Assembly: GCF_000023965.1 (NCBI RefSeq)
Contig: NC_013201.1
Span: 180,001-212,000 of the forward strand
Direction: 5' to 3'
From: Halomicrobium mukohataei DSM 12286
GTDB lineage: Archaea; Halobacteriota; Halobacteria; Halobacteriales; Haloarculaceae
Length of the DNA stretch: 32,000 nucleotides
Both the position numbers and the translations under genes were made by a program. A model generated the notes under the pieces. The model did not search any database, was not told the DNA's origin, and saw nothing but the letters and a program-made list of their open reading frames with translations. The first letter of the stretch is position 1; each line of letters opens with the position of its first letter. Positions 16,997 to 26,091 of the stretch are shown piece after piece.

Positions 16997-18320
16997 GTAC
17001 GACACCGAATCCCAGGTGACCGATGCACAGCACGCCGCACTGCGGCTGGCGAACGTCGACGAGGAGACACGCGACGCGGCGCTTGAGTCGATCGCCGACG
17101 CCATTCGCGACCACGAGGCCGAGGTCCGCGAGGCCAACGCGACCGACGTGGAGGCCGCGGAAGCCATGCTCGAACGCGGCGAGTACACCCAGGCGCTCGT
17201 CGACCGACTGAAGCTCGACGACGCGAAACTCGACAGCATCGCCGAGATGGTCGAGAGCGTCGCCGAACGGGAAGATCCCCTCGGTGAGACGCTTGCGGCC
17301 CGGGAGCTGGACGAGGACCTCGAACTGTACAAGGTCGCCGTGCCGATCGGCGTCGTCGGCACGATCTTCGAGTCGCGGCCGGACGCGCTGGTCCAGATCG
17401 CCGCCCTCGCGCTCAAGTCCGGCAACGCCGTCATCCTCAAGGGCGGCAGCGAGGCCAGCGAGTCCAACCGCGTCCTCTACGAACTCATCCGCGAGGCGAC
17501 CGCCGAGCTGCCCGACGGCTGGGTCCAGCTCATCGAAGCCCACGAGGAGGTCGACGCGCTGCTGGAGATGGACGACAAGGTGGACCTGCTGATGCCCCGT
17601 GGCTCCTCGGAGTTCGTCTCCTACATCCAGAACAACACCCAGATCCCCGTGCTGGGGCACACGGAAGGGGTCTGTCACGTCTACGTCGACGAGGCCGCCG
17701 ACCTCGAACAGGCCGAGGAGATCGCCTTCGACGCCAAGGTCCAGTACCCGGCGGTCTGTAACGCCGTCGAGACGCTGCTGGTCGACGACAGCGTCGCAGA
17801 GACGTTCCTGCCGGCCATCGTCGAGCGCTACGAGGCGGCCGGCGTCGAACTCCGCGGTGACGAGGCGACCCGCGAGATCGTCGACGTGGGCGAGGCGACC
17901 GACGACGACTGGGACAGCGAGTACGGCGACCTCGAACTGTCGATCAAGGTCGTCTCGGACGTGTACGAGGCCGTCGAGCACGTCAACGCTCACGGCTCGA
18001 AACACACCGAGTCGATCGTCACGGAGAACGCCGACACCGCCGAGCTGTTCATGACCGGCATCGACGCCGCGAGCGTCTTCCACAACGCCTCGACGCGCTT
18101 TGCCGACGGCTACCGCTACGGCCTCGGCGCGGAGGTCGGCATCTCGACGGGGAAGATTCACGCTCGCGGCCCGGTCGGCCTGGCCGGGCTGACGACCTAC
18201 AAGTACTACCTCGAAGGCGACGGCCAGCTCGTGGCCACCTACGCGGGCGACGACGCCAGAGCCTTCACCCACGAAGCGTTCGACGGCGAGTGGACGCCCG
18301 GCCGTCTCGCCGACGAGTAG
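16989..18320 (+). CDS. proA: Glutamate-5-semialdehyde dehydrogenase (gamma-glutamyl phosphate reductase)
   Basis: [47 protein letters not shown] and [11 protein letters not shown] are typical ProA motifs. Confidence 0.95.
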   Translation: MTEYDTESQVTDAQHAALRLANVDEETRDAALESIADAIRDHEAEVREANATDVEAAEAMLERGEYTQALVDRLKLDDAKLDSIAEMVESVAEREDPLGETLAARELDEDLELYKVAVPIGVVGTIFESRPDALVQIAALALKSGNAVILKGGSEASESNRVLYELIREATAELPDGWVQLIEAHEEVDALLEMDDKVDLLMPRGSSEFVSYIQNNTQIPVLGHTEGVCHVYVDEAADLEQAEEIAFDAKVQYPAVCNAVETLLVDDSVAETFLPAIVERYEAAGVELRGDEATREIVDVGEATDDDWDSEYGDLELSIKVVSDVYEAVEHVNAHGSKHTESIVTENADTAELFMTGIDAASVFHNASTRFADGYRYGLGAEVGISTGKIHARGPVGLAGLTTYKYYLEGDGQLVATYAGDDARAFTHEAFDGEWTPGRLADE

Positions 18321-18434
18321 CGGGACAGTCGCTCTGACAGCGGGGCCCCCTCGGTCGGCCCAGCGGTCCGGCGTCTATATAGCCCTCACGCCCGGTCGGT
18401 ACCACGACGTACCGTCCCCACCCGATGATCGCGG

Positions 18435-18465
18435 TATAGAGATATAATATAAAGCACCTTTATCG
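18435..18465 (+). promoter_or_regulatory. A+T-rich promoter region of the ABC importer operon
   Basis: TATAGAGATATAATATAAAGCACCTTTATC lies immediately upstream of GTG 18486, with CTTTAT about 25-28 nt upstream of the start. This fits a haloarchaeal TATA box for a near-leaderless transcript. Confidence 0.35.
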
Positions 18466-18485
18466 GGATTGCCGGACCACCGCGT

Positions 18486-19631
18486 GTGACAGATCACACA
18501 CGACGCGGGTTCCTGACCGTGGCGGGCTCGGCGACGGCCGCCACGGTCGCAGGGTGTAGCGGCACCGAAGCCATCGGCGGCGGTGGCGGCGAGACCTACG
18601 AGGTCGGCCACGGGGACTACCAGACGACCGTCAGCGAGAGCGACTTCCCCTCGGACAGACTCTACATCTACGCCGTCCAGACGGGGTGGTCGAACTGGGG
18701 TGCCGTCATGGACGCCTTCGACGAGCGGTACGGCGTCGAGCTGAACGACGACCAGCGTACCTCCGGCGAGGCGCTCACACACATCCGATCGAACGCCGAG
18801 AACCCCACCCACTCGGCGTACAACGGCGGCTACTCGTTCGGTATCACCGCCATGGAGGAGGGGTTCACCACGGACTACAAGCCGGCCAACTGGGACGCCG
18901 TTCCGCCGGATCTGAAGACGGACAACGGCCACCTCACCGCGACCCGGCAGATGACGACGGCGGTCACCTACCGCAAGGACATCTACGAGGAGCGCGGGCT
19001 GGGCGAGCCCGAGAGCTGGGAGGACTTCAAACACCCCGACGCCGCCAAGGACTTCTGTGTGACCCCGCCCCACTCGGCCAACGGGCTGGCGACGGCGCTG
19101 TCGATCAACAACGCCTACGGCGGGACGATGGACGATCTGGGACCGGTCGTCGAGTACTACGACGACATCGCCCAGAAGGGGGCAGACGTGCGTCGCAACA
19201 TCACCGGCGACTTCACCAGCGGCGAGGTCTCGGCGGTCGCTCAGTACGACTACACCGCCCTGGAGATGAAGTACAACCACGAGGAGGTGCCCGCGGAGAA
19301 CGTCGGCGTCGCGATCCTGCCCGGCCCCGAGGGCGACGCCGGAGCGATGAACATCCCGTACGGCTACGGCATGCTCGACGGCGCACCGAATCCGGAGACG
19401 GCGAAGTTGTTCATGGACTTCGTTCTCTCACTGGAGGGCCAGCGGCTGTTCTTCGACGCGTTCGTCCGCCCGATCCGGGCCGGCGAGCTGGAGATGCCAG
19501 ACGAGTTCCCCGACCAGACGACCTACGAGGCGGCGGAGTTCACCGTCGACCAACTGGATCTCGTCGAGCGACAGGAGTCCATCATCGATCAGGTGACCTC
19601 GGAGTCGGACATTCCCGGCATCCAGGGGTAA
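18486..19631 (+). CDS. ABC transporter substrate-binding lipoprotein (solute-binding family 1, PotD/AfuA-like)
   Basis: Tat motif and lipobox are present (TRRGFLTVAGSATAATVAGCSG). It is the first gene of a binding protein / 2 permease / ATPase operon. Confidence 0.9.
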   Translation: MTDHTRRGFLTVAGSATAATVAGCSGTEAIGGGGGETYEVGHGDYQTTVSESDFPSDRLYIYAVQTGWSNWGAVMDAFDERYGVELNDDQRTSGEALTHIRSNAENPTHSAYNGGYSFGITAMEEGFTTDYKPANWDAVPPDLKTDNGHLTATRQMTTAVTYRKDIYEERGLGEPESWEDFKHPDAAKDFCVTPPHSANGLATALSINNAYGGTMDDLGPVVEYYDDIAQKGADVRRNITGDFTSGEVSAVAQYDYTALEMKYNHEEVPAENVGVAILPGPEGDAGAMNIPYGYGMLDGAPNPETAKLFMDFVLSLEGQRLFFDAFVRPIRAGELEMPDEFPDQTTYEAAEFTVDQLDLVERQESIIDQVTSESDIPGIQG

Positions 19632-19644
19632 CTCGGGGGCAGCT

Positions 19645-20547
19645 ATGAGCACCACCACCTGGTTCGAACTGTCTGCCGCCAGAGACACCCTCACACCCGA
19701 GACCGAGCGCGACCGGCGACGGCGGCGCATCCTCGTCCTGTGTGCGCCCTTCCTCGTCCTGGCCGCGGTGGCCGCGTTCGTCCCGCTGGCGACGATGATC
19801 CGGATGAGCGTCTCCGCGGACCGGTTCGCGAACGTCGGGTTCTCGGTGTCGGCCTGGCGGACGCTGGCGACGGACCCGCTGTATCGACGGGTCGCCGTGA
19901 ACACGCTCTGGTTCGCCGCGGCGACGAGCGCCGTCAGCGTCGCGCTGGGCGTCGCGGTGTCACACGCGTTCGCGAAGTACTCGCTACCCTTCGAACGCGT
20001 GCTCGTCTCGGTGGTCTCGTTCCCCATCGCGCTCCCCGGAATCGTCGTCGCGTTCATGGTCGTCGCCCTGCTGGGCCGACAGGGACTTGTGACGAACGCG
20101 GTCGCGTTCTTCAGCGGTCAGGGGCCGATCGACCTGGCGACCGCGACGACCGTGACGGGGCTGTTCGTGGGGTACGTCTACTCGCTGCTCCCGCGGGCGA
20201 CGATGGTCCTGCGCGGGACTTACGCCGAGGTCAACACCGACGCCGAGCAGGCGGCCAGAGCGCTCGGTGCCGATCCGCTTCGGACGTTCTACTACGTCAC
20301 GCTGCCCGAGATCCGTCCCGGGATCGTCGCCGCGTTGTTGCTCACGTTCCGGACGGCACTGGCGATCTTCGGCACGGTCCTGGTCTTGCAGGGGTTGAAC
20401 GTCGCGACGCTCCAGCTCAGTCAGGTGATCTCGGTCGGCTACGAGAGCCAGATCGCCGCCAGCATCGGGCTGGTGTACTTCGCGTTCATCCTCGCGGTCA
20501 CGTTCGTCGGCCTGCGCTACACCGAAGCGGACGTGATCCGGCGATGA
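19645..20547 (+). CDS. ABC transporter permease
   Basis: Six-TM-like hydrophobic profile with an EAA-like loop (AEQAARALGADPLRTFYYVTLPEIRPG). The stop overlaps the next start (ATGA). Confidence 0.9.
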   Translation: MSTTTWFELSAARDTLTPETERDRRRRRILVLCAPFLVLAAVAAFVPLATMIRMSVSADRFANVGFSVSAWRTLATDPLYRRVAVNTLWFAAATSAVSVALGVAVSHAFAKYSLPFERVLVSVVSFPIALPGIVVAFMVVALLGRQGLVTNAVAFFSGQGPIDLATATTVTGLFVGYVYSLLPRATMVLRGTYAEVNTDAEQAARALGADPLRTFYYVTLPEIRPGIVAALLLTFRTALAIFGTVLVLQGLNVATLQLSQVISVGYESQIAASIGLVYFAFILAVTFVGLRYTEADVIRR

Positions 20548-21362
20548 CGACGCTCCGGACGCCCCAGTCGCTCGGGAAGGCCGCGGTCACGCTGGTGACG
20601 GGACTCGTCCTCGCGGTACTCGTGGTCCCGATCGCGGTGACGTTCGTCTCCTCGTTCGCACAGTCGGCCACCGGTGTCGTTCCCACCGGCTTCGTCACCG
20701 CCGAACACTGGCGGACGGCGCTCGGCCTGACCGACGTGGGCGCGCGCAGAGGGATCGGCTCCGGCCTGTGGTTCAGCGTCCTCCTGGCGACCGGCGGGAT
20801 GGTCGTCAACCTCGTCGTCGGCGTGCCGATCGCCTACGCGCTGACCCGCTACGAGTTCCGGGGCCGAGAGTGGCTGAACACGCTCGCGGTCCTGCCGCTC
20901 GTGCCGGGGATCATCCTCGGAATCGCGTTCCTGCGAACCTATCCCGACAACGCCGGGACGGCCTTCGGACTCGTCGTCGGCTACGCGCTGCTGAAGTCGC
21001 CGTACATGGTGTTGACCGTCCAGAGCGCGTTCCAGTCGATGGATCTCCGCCAACTCGAAGAGAGCGCCCGCTCGCTCGGAGCGTCGTGGCCCCGAACGTT
21101 CGTCACCGTCATCGTCCCCAACGCCAGGGGCGGGATCCTCGCGGGCTCGATCATCACGTGGACGCTGGCCGCTGCGGAGTTCAACTTCACCTACATGGTG
21201 TACACCCGCGGCCCACGGCCCTTCTCGCTGTTTCTCTACGAGAACATCAGTCGCGCTCCGTTCCTGCAGTCGGCGGCGGCCATCTCGATGTACTTCTGTC
21301 TCGTCGTCGCCGCCATCCTCGTGCTACAGACCGTCGGCCGACACGGATTCACTACGACATGA
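20544..21362 (+). CDS. ABC transporter permease
   Basis: From ATG 20544: MTTLRTPQSLGKAAVTLVTGLVLAVLVV... with the EAA-like loop EESARSLGASWPRTFVTVIVPNARGG. The upstream part of track ORF 19740..21362 is the off-frame of the preceding permease. Confidence 0.9.
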   Translation: MTTLRTPQSLGKAAVTLVTGLVLAVLVVPIAVTFVSSFAQSATGVVPTGFVTAEHWRTALGLTDVGARRGIGSGLWFSVLLATGGMVVNLVVGVPIAYALTRYEFRGREWLNTLAVLPLVPGIILGIAFLRTYPDNAGTAFGLVVGYALLKSPYMVLTVQSAFQSMDLRQLEESARSLGASWPRTFVTVIVPNARGGILAGSIITWTLAAAEFNFTYMVYTRGPRPFSLFLYENISRAPFLQSAAAISMYFCLVVAAILVLQTVGRHGFTTT

Positions 21363-21395
21363 ACGCTCGAACACACACTCACGGGAGGCAGACGC

Positions 21396-22421
21396 ATGGT
21401 CGCCGTTGAACTCGACGGCGTGGGCAAGACCTACGGCGACGAGGTCGCGGTCGAGGGGCTCGACCTGACCGTCGCCGACGGCGAGATCCTCGGCGTCGTC
21501 GGCCCCTCGGGCTGTGGCAAGACGACGACGCTGCGGACGATCGCCGGCTTCGAGACGCCGACGGCCGGTCGGGTCCGGTTCGCCGACGAGGACGTGACCC
21601 ACGTCCCACCAGAGCGGCGAAACGTCGGGCTCGTGTTCCAGTCGTACGCGCTGTTCGACAACATGAGCGTCCTCGCGAACGTGGCGTTCGGCCCGAAGAT
21701 GCAAGGCGTCGAGAAGACCGAGCGACGGGACCGCGCCATGGAGCTGCTGGAGCTGCTCGACATCGCCGAACTCGCCGACAGAGCGCCCGAAACCCTCTCC
21801 GGCGGACAACAGCAGCGGGTCGGGCTGGCGCGTGCGCTCGCGATCGAGCCGAACATCCTCCTGCTGGACGAGCCCATGACGGGGCTGGACGCCAAGCTCA
21901 AGGATCGGCTCCGGCGCGAGATCGGGAGCCTGCTCGACGAACTGGGCGTCACCGCGCTGTACGTGACCCACGACCAGGAGGAGGCGATGGCGATGTGTGA
22001 CCGGATCGCGGTGCTGAACGACGGCCGCCTGGAACAGGTCGGAACGCCTCGCGAGATCTACGAGTCGCCCGCAAACGAGTTCGTCGCCGGATTCGTCGGC
22101 TCGGCGAACCTACTCGACGCACAGCTCGACGACGGCACGGTCGATCTGGGGTTTACGCGGCTGCACGCGGTCACGGACGACACGAGCGGGAACGCGACGG
22201 TCGTGGTCCGACCCGACGACATCGCGGTCGGCAGCGGTTCGATCCCGGTGACGATCCGGGAGTACCAGTACCTCGGTGAGACGACCAGCGCCGTCGGCGA
22301 GTTGCCCGACGGACAGCAGTTGCGCTTGCGCCTGAACGGCACCGCCGAGGAGACGACCGTCGGGACCACGGTTTCGGTCGCGATCGACCCCGACGGCGTC
22401 GCCGTCGTCGACACCGCCTGA
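21396..22421 (+). CDS. ABC transporter ATP-binding protein (PotA/FbpC-like, with C-terminal TOBE-like domain)
   Basis: Walker A GPSGCGKTT, signature LSGGQQQRVGLARAL, Walker B ILLLDEP, and H-loop YVTHDQ. Confidence 0.95.
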   Translation: MVAVELDGVGKTYGDEVAVEGLDLTVADGEILGVVGPSGCGKTTTLRTIAGFETPTAGRVRFADEDVTHVPPERRNVGLVFQSYALFDNMSVLANVAFGPKMQGVEKTERRDRAMELLELLDIAELADRAPETLSGGQQQRVGLARALAIEPNILLLDEPMTGLDAKLKDRLRREIGSLLDELGVTALYVTHDQEEAMAMCDRIAVLNDGRLEQVGTPREIYESPANEFVAGFVGSANLLDAQLDDGTVDLGFTRLHAVTDDTSGNATVVVRPDDIAVGSGSIPVTIREYQYLGETTSAVGELPDGQQLRLRLNGTAEETTVGTTVSVAIDPDGVAVVDTA

Positions 22422-22504
22422 TACGGAAAGTCGTCGTTGCGTACCGGTGAGCGTCTCTCCCGTGGCGACGTTCACCGGTACATTGCTACAACCGTCCGTA
22501 TGAC
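22418..22504 (+). repeat. 87-bp self-complementary repeat element, copy B; begins at the stop codon of the ATPase gene
   Basis: It is the reverse complement of 7621-7707 with about 10 mismatches. Hairpin: TACCGGTGAGCGTC (22442-22455) / GACGTTCACCGGTA (22467-22480) with an 11-nt loop. The stop TGA 22419-22421 lies inside the shared CTGATACGGA start of the element. Confidence 0.8.
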
Positions 22505-22686
22505 TGCGCGCGGACAGGCGCGTCAGGGCAGGTCGGTCGCGAGGAAGTTCACGAGACGGTCCAGACACTCGATTGTTCCGTCTTCGGTCTCGGAGCCTTC
22601 CTCGTCTCGTGTCACGGGCCGAGCTACGCCGGCCCGAGGTATACGTTGTGCTGTCGTGAGGCCGGAAGTCAGCGGAGCGTTACAAA

Positions 22687-22860
22687 TCAGCTTAGCTTAG
22701 TAGCTAAGCTATATTTTATCGGACCGTCGGCCGGGAGGGCGTGGCCGGTAACGAACGACGCCTCGTCGGAGCACAGCCAGACGATGGTCTGGTTCACGTC
22801 GAGGACACGCTCGCACTCGTCTTCGTCGATCTCCGGGAGCGTCGCCGACTCCCACCCCGG
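22687..22860 (-). pseudogene. Short-chain dehydrogenase/reductase (SDR) remnant, N-terminally truncated and internally deleted
   Basis: The minus-strand frame between stops reads PGWESATLPEIDEDECERVLDVNQTIVWLCSDEASFVTGHALPADGPIKYSLATKLS. (L)PEIDEDECERVLDVNQT resembles the mid-SDR segment before the catalytic region. IVWLCSDEASFVTGHALPADG is the classic SDR C-terminus. These two are normally more than 100 residues apart. There is no plausible start codon and no Rossmann N-terminus. Confidence 0.55.
22689..22720. other. A+T-rich 22-bp palindrome AGCTTAGCT-TAGT-AGCTAAGCT followed by ATATTTTATC
   Basis: Perfect 9-bp arms at 22689-22697 and 22702-22710 with a 4-nt spacer, immediately followed by a TATA-like run. 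It sits where the SDR remnant loses similarity to SDR C-termini. Confidence 0.3.
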
Positions 22861-22899
22861 TCAGTACGCTTATGAGCCACTGTCCGTAACTCCCCGGCG

Positions 22900-24354
22900 A
22901 TGCCCTCCACGAGCAGTGAGCACCTGCCGACAGCGGCGGGGTTCGTTCCGGTCGCCCTCGCGAATCTGGTCCCGCTGGTCGGTGTCGTCCGACTGGGCTG
23001 GGAGCCAGAAACGCTGGTGATCGTCTACACGCTGGAAGTGCTGTTCGCGTTCCCGCTGGCGGGCGTGAAGGCGTTGTTCGCACAGCAACCGCCGCGGACC
23101 GACCACGAGGGGTCGACCGTGATCAGCGTTTCGGACGAGCTGACCCGAAAGCGCGGGAGCGTCACGGTGGTCCCGTGGCTGCCGCCGGTCTACCCGCGGA
23201 ACGTGCCCTTCGCCCTCGCCGTCGGCGGTGTCGCCGCGTGGTTCGGGATCGCCATCGGCGTCGTGGTCAACGAGACGATCCCGATCACCGCGGTCGTCAG
23301 CCGCCCCGAGGTCCTGTTGAGTGTCGGCACACTGGTCGTCGGCCAGACCGTCGAGACCTGGCGGGACTTGCGGAACGGACACCACGAGACGACCACGCCG
23401 TACGCGGTGATCGAGACGCCGGCCCGGCAGGCGTTTTTCCTGGCGTTCGTCCTGTTCGTCGTCCCGGTGACGGCCGTGGCCGGCACGGGTGCGACGCTTG
23501 GCGTGTTCGTCGTCGTCAAGATCCTCGTGGAGTGGTCGGGCTATCGAGCGAGCCACGGCGACGGCGGGCGACTTACCGGGTGGCTCTCCGGACCCGACGA
23601 GTCGGGCCGTGAGCGAGAGGTCGACGGCGTGCCCAAGGGTGAGCCCGACGCGCGCGTTCGGACGGACGACCGCGCGGTGCTGTACACCGGCGCACTCCGG
23701 GCGCTGAGTGAGCGAGCCCCCGTCTACGCGACGTCCTTCGTCATCGTCTGGCTCTTCTCGCTCGTGATCCTCGGCGGGGAGGAGCCGTCCCGAGAAGTCG
23801 CGCTCGGCTCCGGTCTCGTCCTGGTCTGTCTGTTCGTCGCGCTCCTGGCGTTGCGTGTCGGGACGTTCTACCTCAGGTACGGGCCGCTCGAATACCGTCG
23901 GTACGACGACCGAATCGTGGCGTACGACAGCCTGCTCGACGAGCCCCAGTGGTGGGCCTCGATCGGGTCGCTGCGCGACGCCGAGGTCGCGTCCGATCGG
24001 CTCCCAGACCGGCTGCTGGGGACGCGCACGGTCTCGCTGGCGGCGGGCTGGGGCGACGATCCGCGGCGCTCGCTCGGACCCGTCGCCGACGCCGAGGCCC
24101 TCGTGACGGCGTTCGACCTGCCCGTCAGGACGACGGCACTCGCGCCCATCGATCGGCGGGTAGCCGCCGTCGTCGCGGGCTGTGTCGGCGTGATCGTCCT
24201 CGCTCCAGTGGCCGTCGTGCTCGTGCCGGCACTGTCCTCGTCGACGGCGCTGCTGTACGGGGTGTTCGTGCTGCCGTTCGCCACCCTCACGCTGCGGGGA
24301 CTCTGGAAACGAGCGTATCCAGAGTCGAGCACAGCGGCCGGGAGCGACGTGTAG
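22900..24354 (+). CDS. Polytopic membrane protein of unknown function (N-terminal DUF6498-like region, C-terminal membrane-flanked bPH/YdbT-like region)
   Basis: The N-terminus VALANLVPLVGVVRLGWEPETLVIVYTLEVLF plus about 5 hydrophobic helices recalls DUF6498 (from memory). The C-terminal half has two TM helices, then FYLRYGPLEYRRYDDRIVAYDSLLDEPQWWASIGSLRDAEVASDRLPDRLLGTRTVSL, resembling bacterial PH (bPH_2) domains. A CTTATG TATA-like box lies about 30 nt upstream. Confidence 0.75.
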   Translation: MPSTSSEHLPTAAGFVPVALANLVPLVGVVRLGWEPETLVIVYTLEVLFAFPLAGVKALFAQQPPRTDHEGSTVISVSDELTRKRGSVTVVPWLPPVYPRNVPFALAVGGVAAWFGIAIGVVVNETIPITAVVSRPEVLLSVGTLVVGQTVETWRDLRNGHHETTTPYAVIETPARQAFFLAFVLFVVPVTAVAGTGATLGVFVVVKILVEWSGYRASHGDGGRLTGWLSGPDESGREREVDGVPKGEPDARVRTDDRAVLYTGALRALSERAPVYATSFVIVWLFSLVILGGEEPSREVALGSGLVLVCLFVALLALRVGTFYLRYGPLEYRRYDDRIVAYDSLLDEPQWWASIGSLRDAEVASDRLPDRLLGTRTVSLAAGWGDDPRRSLGPVADAEALVTAFDLPVRTTALAPIDRRVAAVVAGCVGVIVLAPVAVVLVPALSSSTALLYGVFVLPFATLTLRGLWKRAYPESSTAAGSDV

Positions 24355-24461
24355 CGACAGCGGTGTGACTCGACCGGCTCGCCACGTCGTGGCGTCGACC
24401 GAGCGGACGGCCCACGGAGCGGCGGTACGTTCATACTCCAGACGGGCGAATCGGGAACACT

Positions 24462-25328
24462 GTGTTCGACGACATCCTCGTTCCGACGGACGGCAGTACC
24501 TGTGCAGCGGTCGCGCTCAGCGCCGCCGAAGAGGTAGCGAAGCGATACGGAGCGACGATTCATCTCCTGTCCGTGGCCGATTCACGGATCGAGGACCACA
24601 CCGTCGGCGACGAGAGTCAGCACGCGGCACACGAGACGATCGTTCGCGACGCCAGCGAGGATCTCTCGGCAGAGATCGGCGTCGTAGAAGCAGTCGAGCG
24701 GGGACTGCCACACGAGGTGATCGTAGAGTACGCCGACGAGGCGTCGGTCGACCTCGTGGTCATGGGCACGCACGGGCGGACCGGCGTCCAGCGATACGTG
24801 CTGGGCAGCGTCACCGAGAAGGTGCTCCGGCTGGCCGAGACGCCCGTGCTCACGGTCCGGGAAGCGGACGCCGACGAGCGCCCGACGCCCTTCGAAGACG
24901 TGCTGATCCCGACCGACGGCAGCGACGCCGCGAACGCGGCGATCGGTCCGGCCCTCGACATCGCCGGTGCGTACGACGCCAGCGTCCACGCGCTCTCGGC
25001 GATAGAGCCGCTGTCGATGGGCGTCGATGTTCGGTCACACGTCATCGTGGAGGCACTCGAAGAACGGGCCCAGTCGGCCGTCGACGACGTGGCCGAGCGA
25101 GCCGCGAACGCGTCGCTCGGACCGATCGAAACCGCCGTCGAGTTCGGCGATCCGTACCGACAGATCAGGACCTACGTCGAGGAGAACGACATCGATCTGG
25201 TCGTCATGGGCACCCACGGCCGAAGCGGCGTCGAGCGGTTCCTGCTGGGCAGTGTCACCGAAAAGCTCGTCCGAACGTCGTCGGCTCCCGTGATGACCGT
25301 GAGACGGCCAGAGAACAGCGGGAGTTAG
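24462..25328 (+). CDS. Universal stress protein, tandem (two USP domains)
   Basis: Two repeats of ILVPTDGS ... [25 protein letters not shown] ... PVLTV. The start is a GTG. Confidence 0.9.
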   Translation: MFDDILVPTDGSTCAAVALSAAEEVAKRYGATIHLLSVADSRIEDHTVGDESQHAAHETIVRDASEDLSAEIGVVEAVERGLPHEVIVEYADEASVDLVVMGTHGRTGVQRYVLGSVTEKVLRLAETPVLTVREADADERPTPFEDVLIPTDGSDAANAAIGPALDIAGAYDASVHALSAIEPLSMGVDVRSHVIVEALEERAQSAVDDVAERAANASLGPIETAVEFGDPYRQIRTYVEENDIDLVVMGTHGRSGVERFLLGSVTEKLVRTSSAPVMTVRRPENSGS

Positions 25329-25333
25329 CGACA

Positions 25334-25358
25334 GTTTCGCCGCTTTTACACTCATTTT
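25334..25358 (+). terminator. Candidate oligo-T terminator region between convergent genes
   Basis: GTTTCGCCGCTTTTACACTCATTTT lies directly after the TAG at 25326-25328. T-runs are the usual archaeal termination signal. A nearby hairpin, CAGACA-N10-TGTCTG, is also present. Confidence 0.25.
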
Positions 25359-25442
25359 AGACAGATCAGACACATAAATAGATGTCTGTGACCAATTAGA
25401 CGTATTCTTACTTGGTACTCGTCTTCTGAAGCCGTATCGCCG

Positions 25443-25877
25443 TTAGACTTCTGTCCGCCCGGTCAGTTCGTCGGGAACGAGCCGGTAGAACTCGAACGAC
25501 ACTTCTCGGAGTGGTCGCTCGAAGATGTCCACCAGCGGGATGTCGACGTGTTCGAGTCCTTCCAGCGTCTCGGTCTCGATACCCTCGCGCTCGACGTCTT
25601 CGAGTCTGCCGCGGGCGACCACGCTCTGCCAGTCCCCGGACTCCTCCCGATACGTGACGAACGACGCCGGCCGGTCGTCGAGATCGCCTTTCGTGGTGTC
25701 GACGCCCACGGCCAGTCGGAAGTAGAACGTACTGGCCGCCGCGTCGTACCCGTACGACACCGGGATCGAGTACGGTGGCTCGTCCCCGGAAGCGAGCGAG
25801 AGGACGCCCGTCCCGCCGCTGTCGAGGATCTCGTCGCGCTCCGCGGCCGACATACTGACCGGAGTGTCTTTCGCCAT
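25443..25877 (-). CDS. Pyridoxamine 5-prime-phosphate oxidase-like (split-barrel FMN-binding) family protein
   Basis: From the internal ATG at 25877: MAKDTPVSMSAAERDEILDSGGTGVLSLASGDEPPYSIPVSYGYDAAASTFYFRLA..., the typical pattern of this family in haloarchaea (by eye). Confidence 0.8.
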   Translation of the reverse strand: MAKDTPVSMSAAERDEILDSGGTGVLSLASGDEPPYSIPVSYGYDAAASTFYFRLAVGVDTTKGDLDDRPASFVTYREESGDWQSVVARGRLEDVEREGIETETLEGLEHVDIPLVDIFERPLREVSFEFYRLVPDELTGRTEV

Positions 25878-26091
25878 GATTGACAGGACGGCGGGGAACA
25901 CAATAAGTGCACTGTCGGTGGGGTCGCTGTCGCACGCGAGGAGCGCCGAGCAATGGGTCGCCACAGCGGGATCGGACCAGAGTTACTACCGCCGGCTGTA
26001 CATCTGCGAACGCTTTCCCCACCCCTGGGTGGTGAGTATCGTCACGAAGTGACAGCCAACAGTATAAGCCCCAGCGGAGCGAATAGTCGGT

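Noticed and set aside
9984-18272. Other long shadow ORFs, e.g. 9984..11312 + (442 aa), 12798..13793 - (331 aa), 16088..16882 - (264 aa), 16938..18272 - (444 aa). Also 18375..19280 -, 19740..21362 + (its 5-prime part) and 30221..31531 -.
   Set aside because: Same reasoning as above. Each overlaps a gene with strong family motifs, and each has a basic, low-complexity composition unlike the acidic haloarchaeal proteome.
7621-22504. The inverted 87-bp copies as terminal inverted repeats of a composite transposon or genomic island.
   Set aside because: There is no transposase, integrase or tRNA target inside or beside the block. The cargo is housekeeping (proCBA, transporters). Both copies start exactly at stop codons, which fits a 3-prime-UTR or REP-like element better than transposon ends. 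Rearrangement potential is still noted as a finding.
22523-22615. A 30-codon acidic minus-strand ORF (GTG start; MTRDEEGSETEDGTIECLDRLVNFLATDLP).
   Set aside because: It looks like the C-terminal end of a real protein, but it is very short, has only a GTG start far from any TATA box, and has no recognisable family. It is more likely a gene fragment in the scar region than a functional gene.
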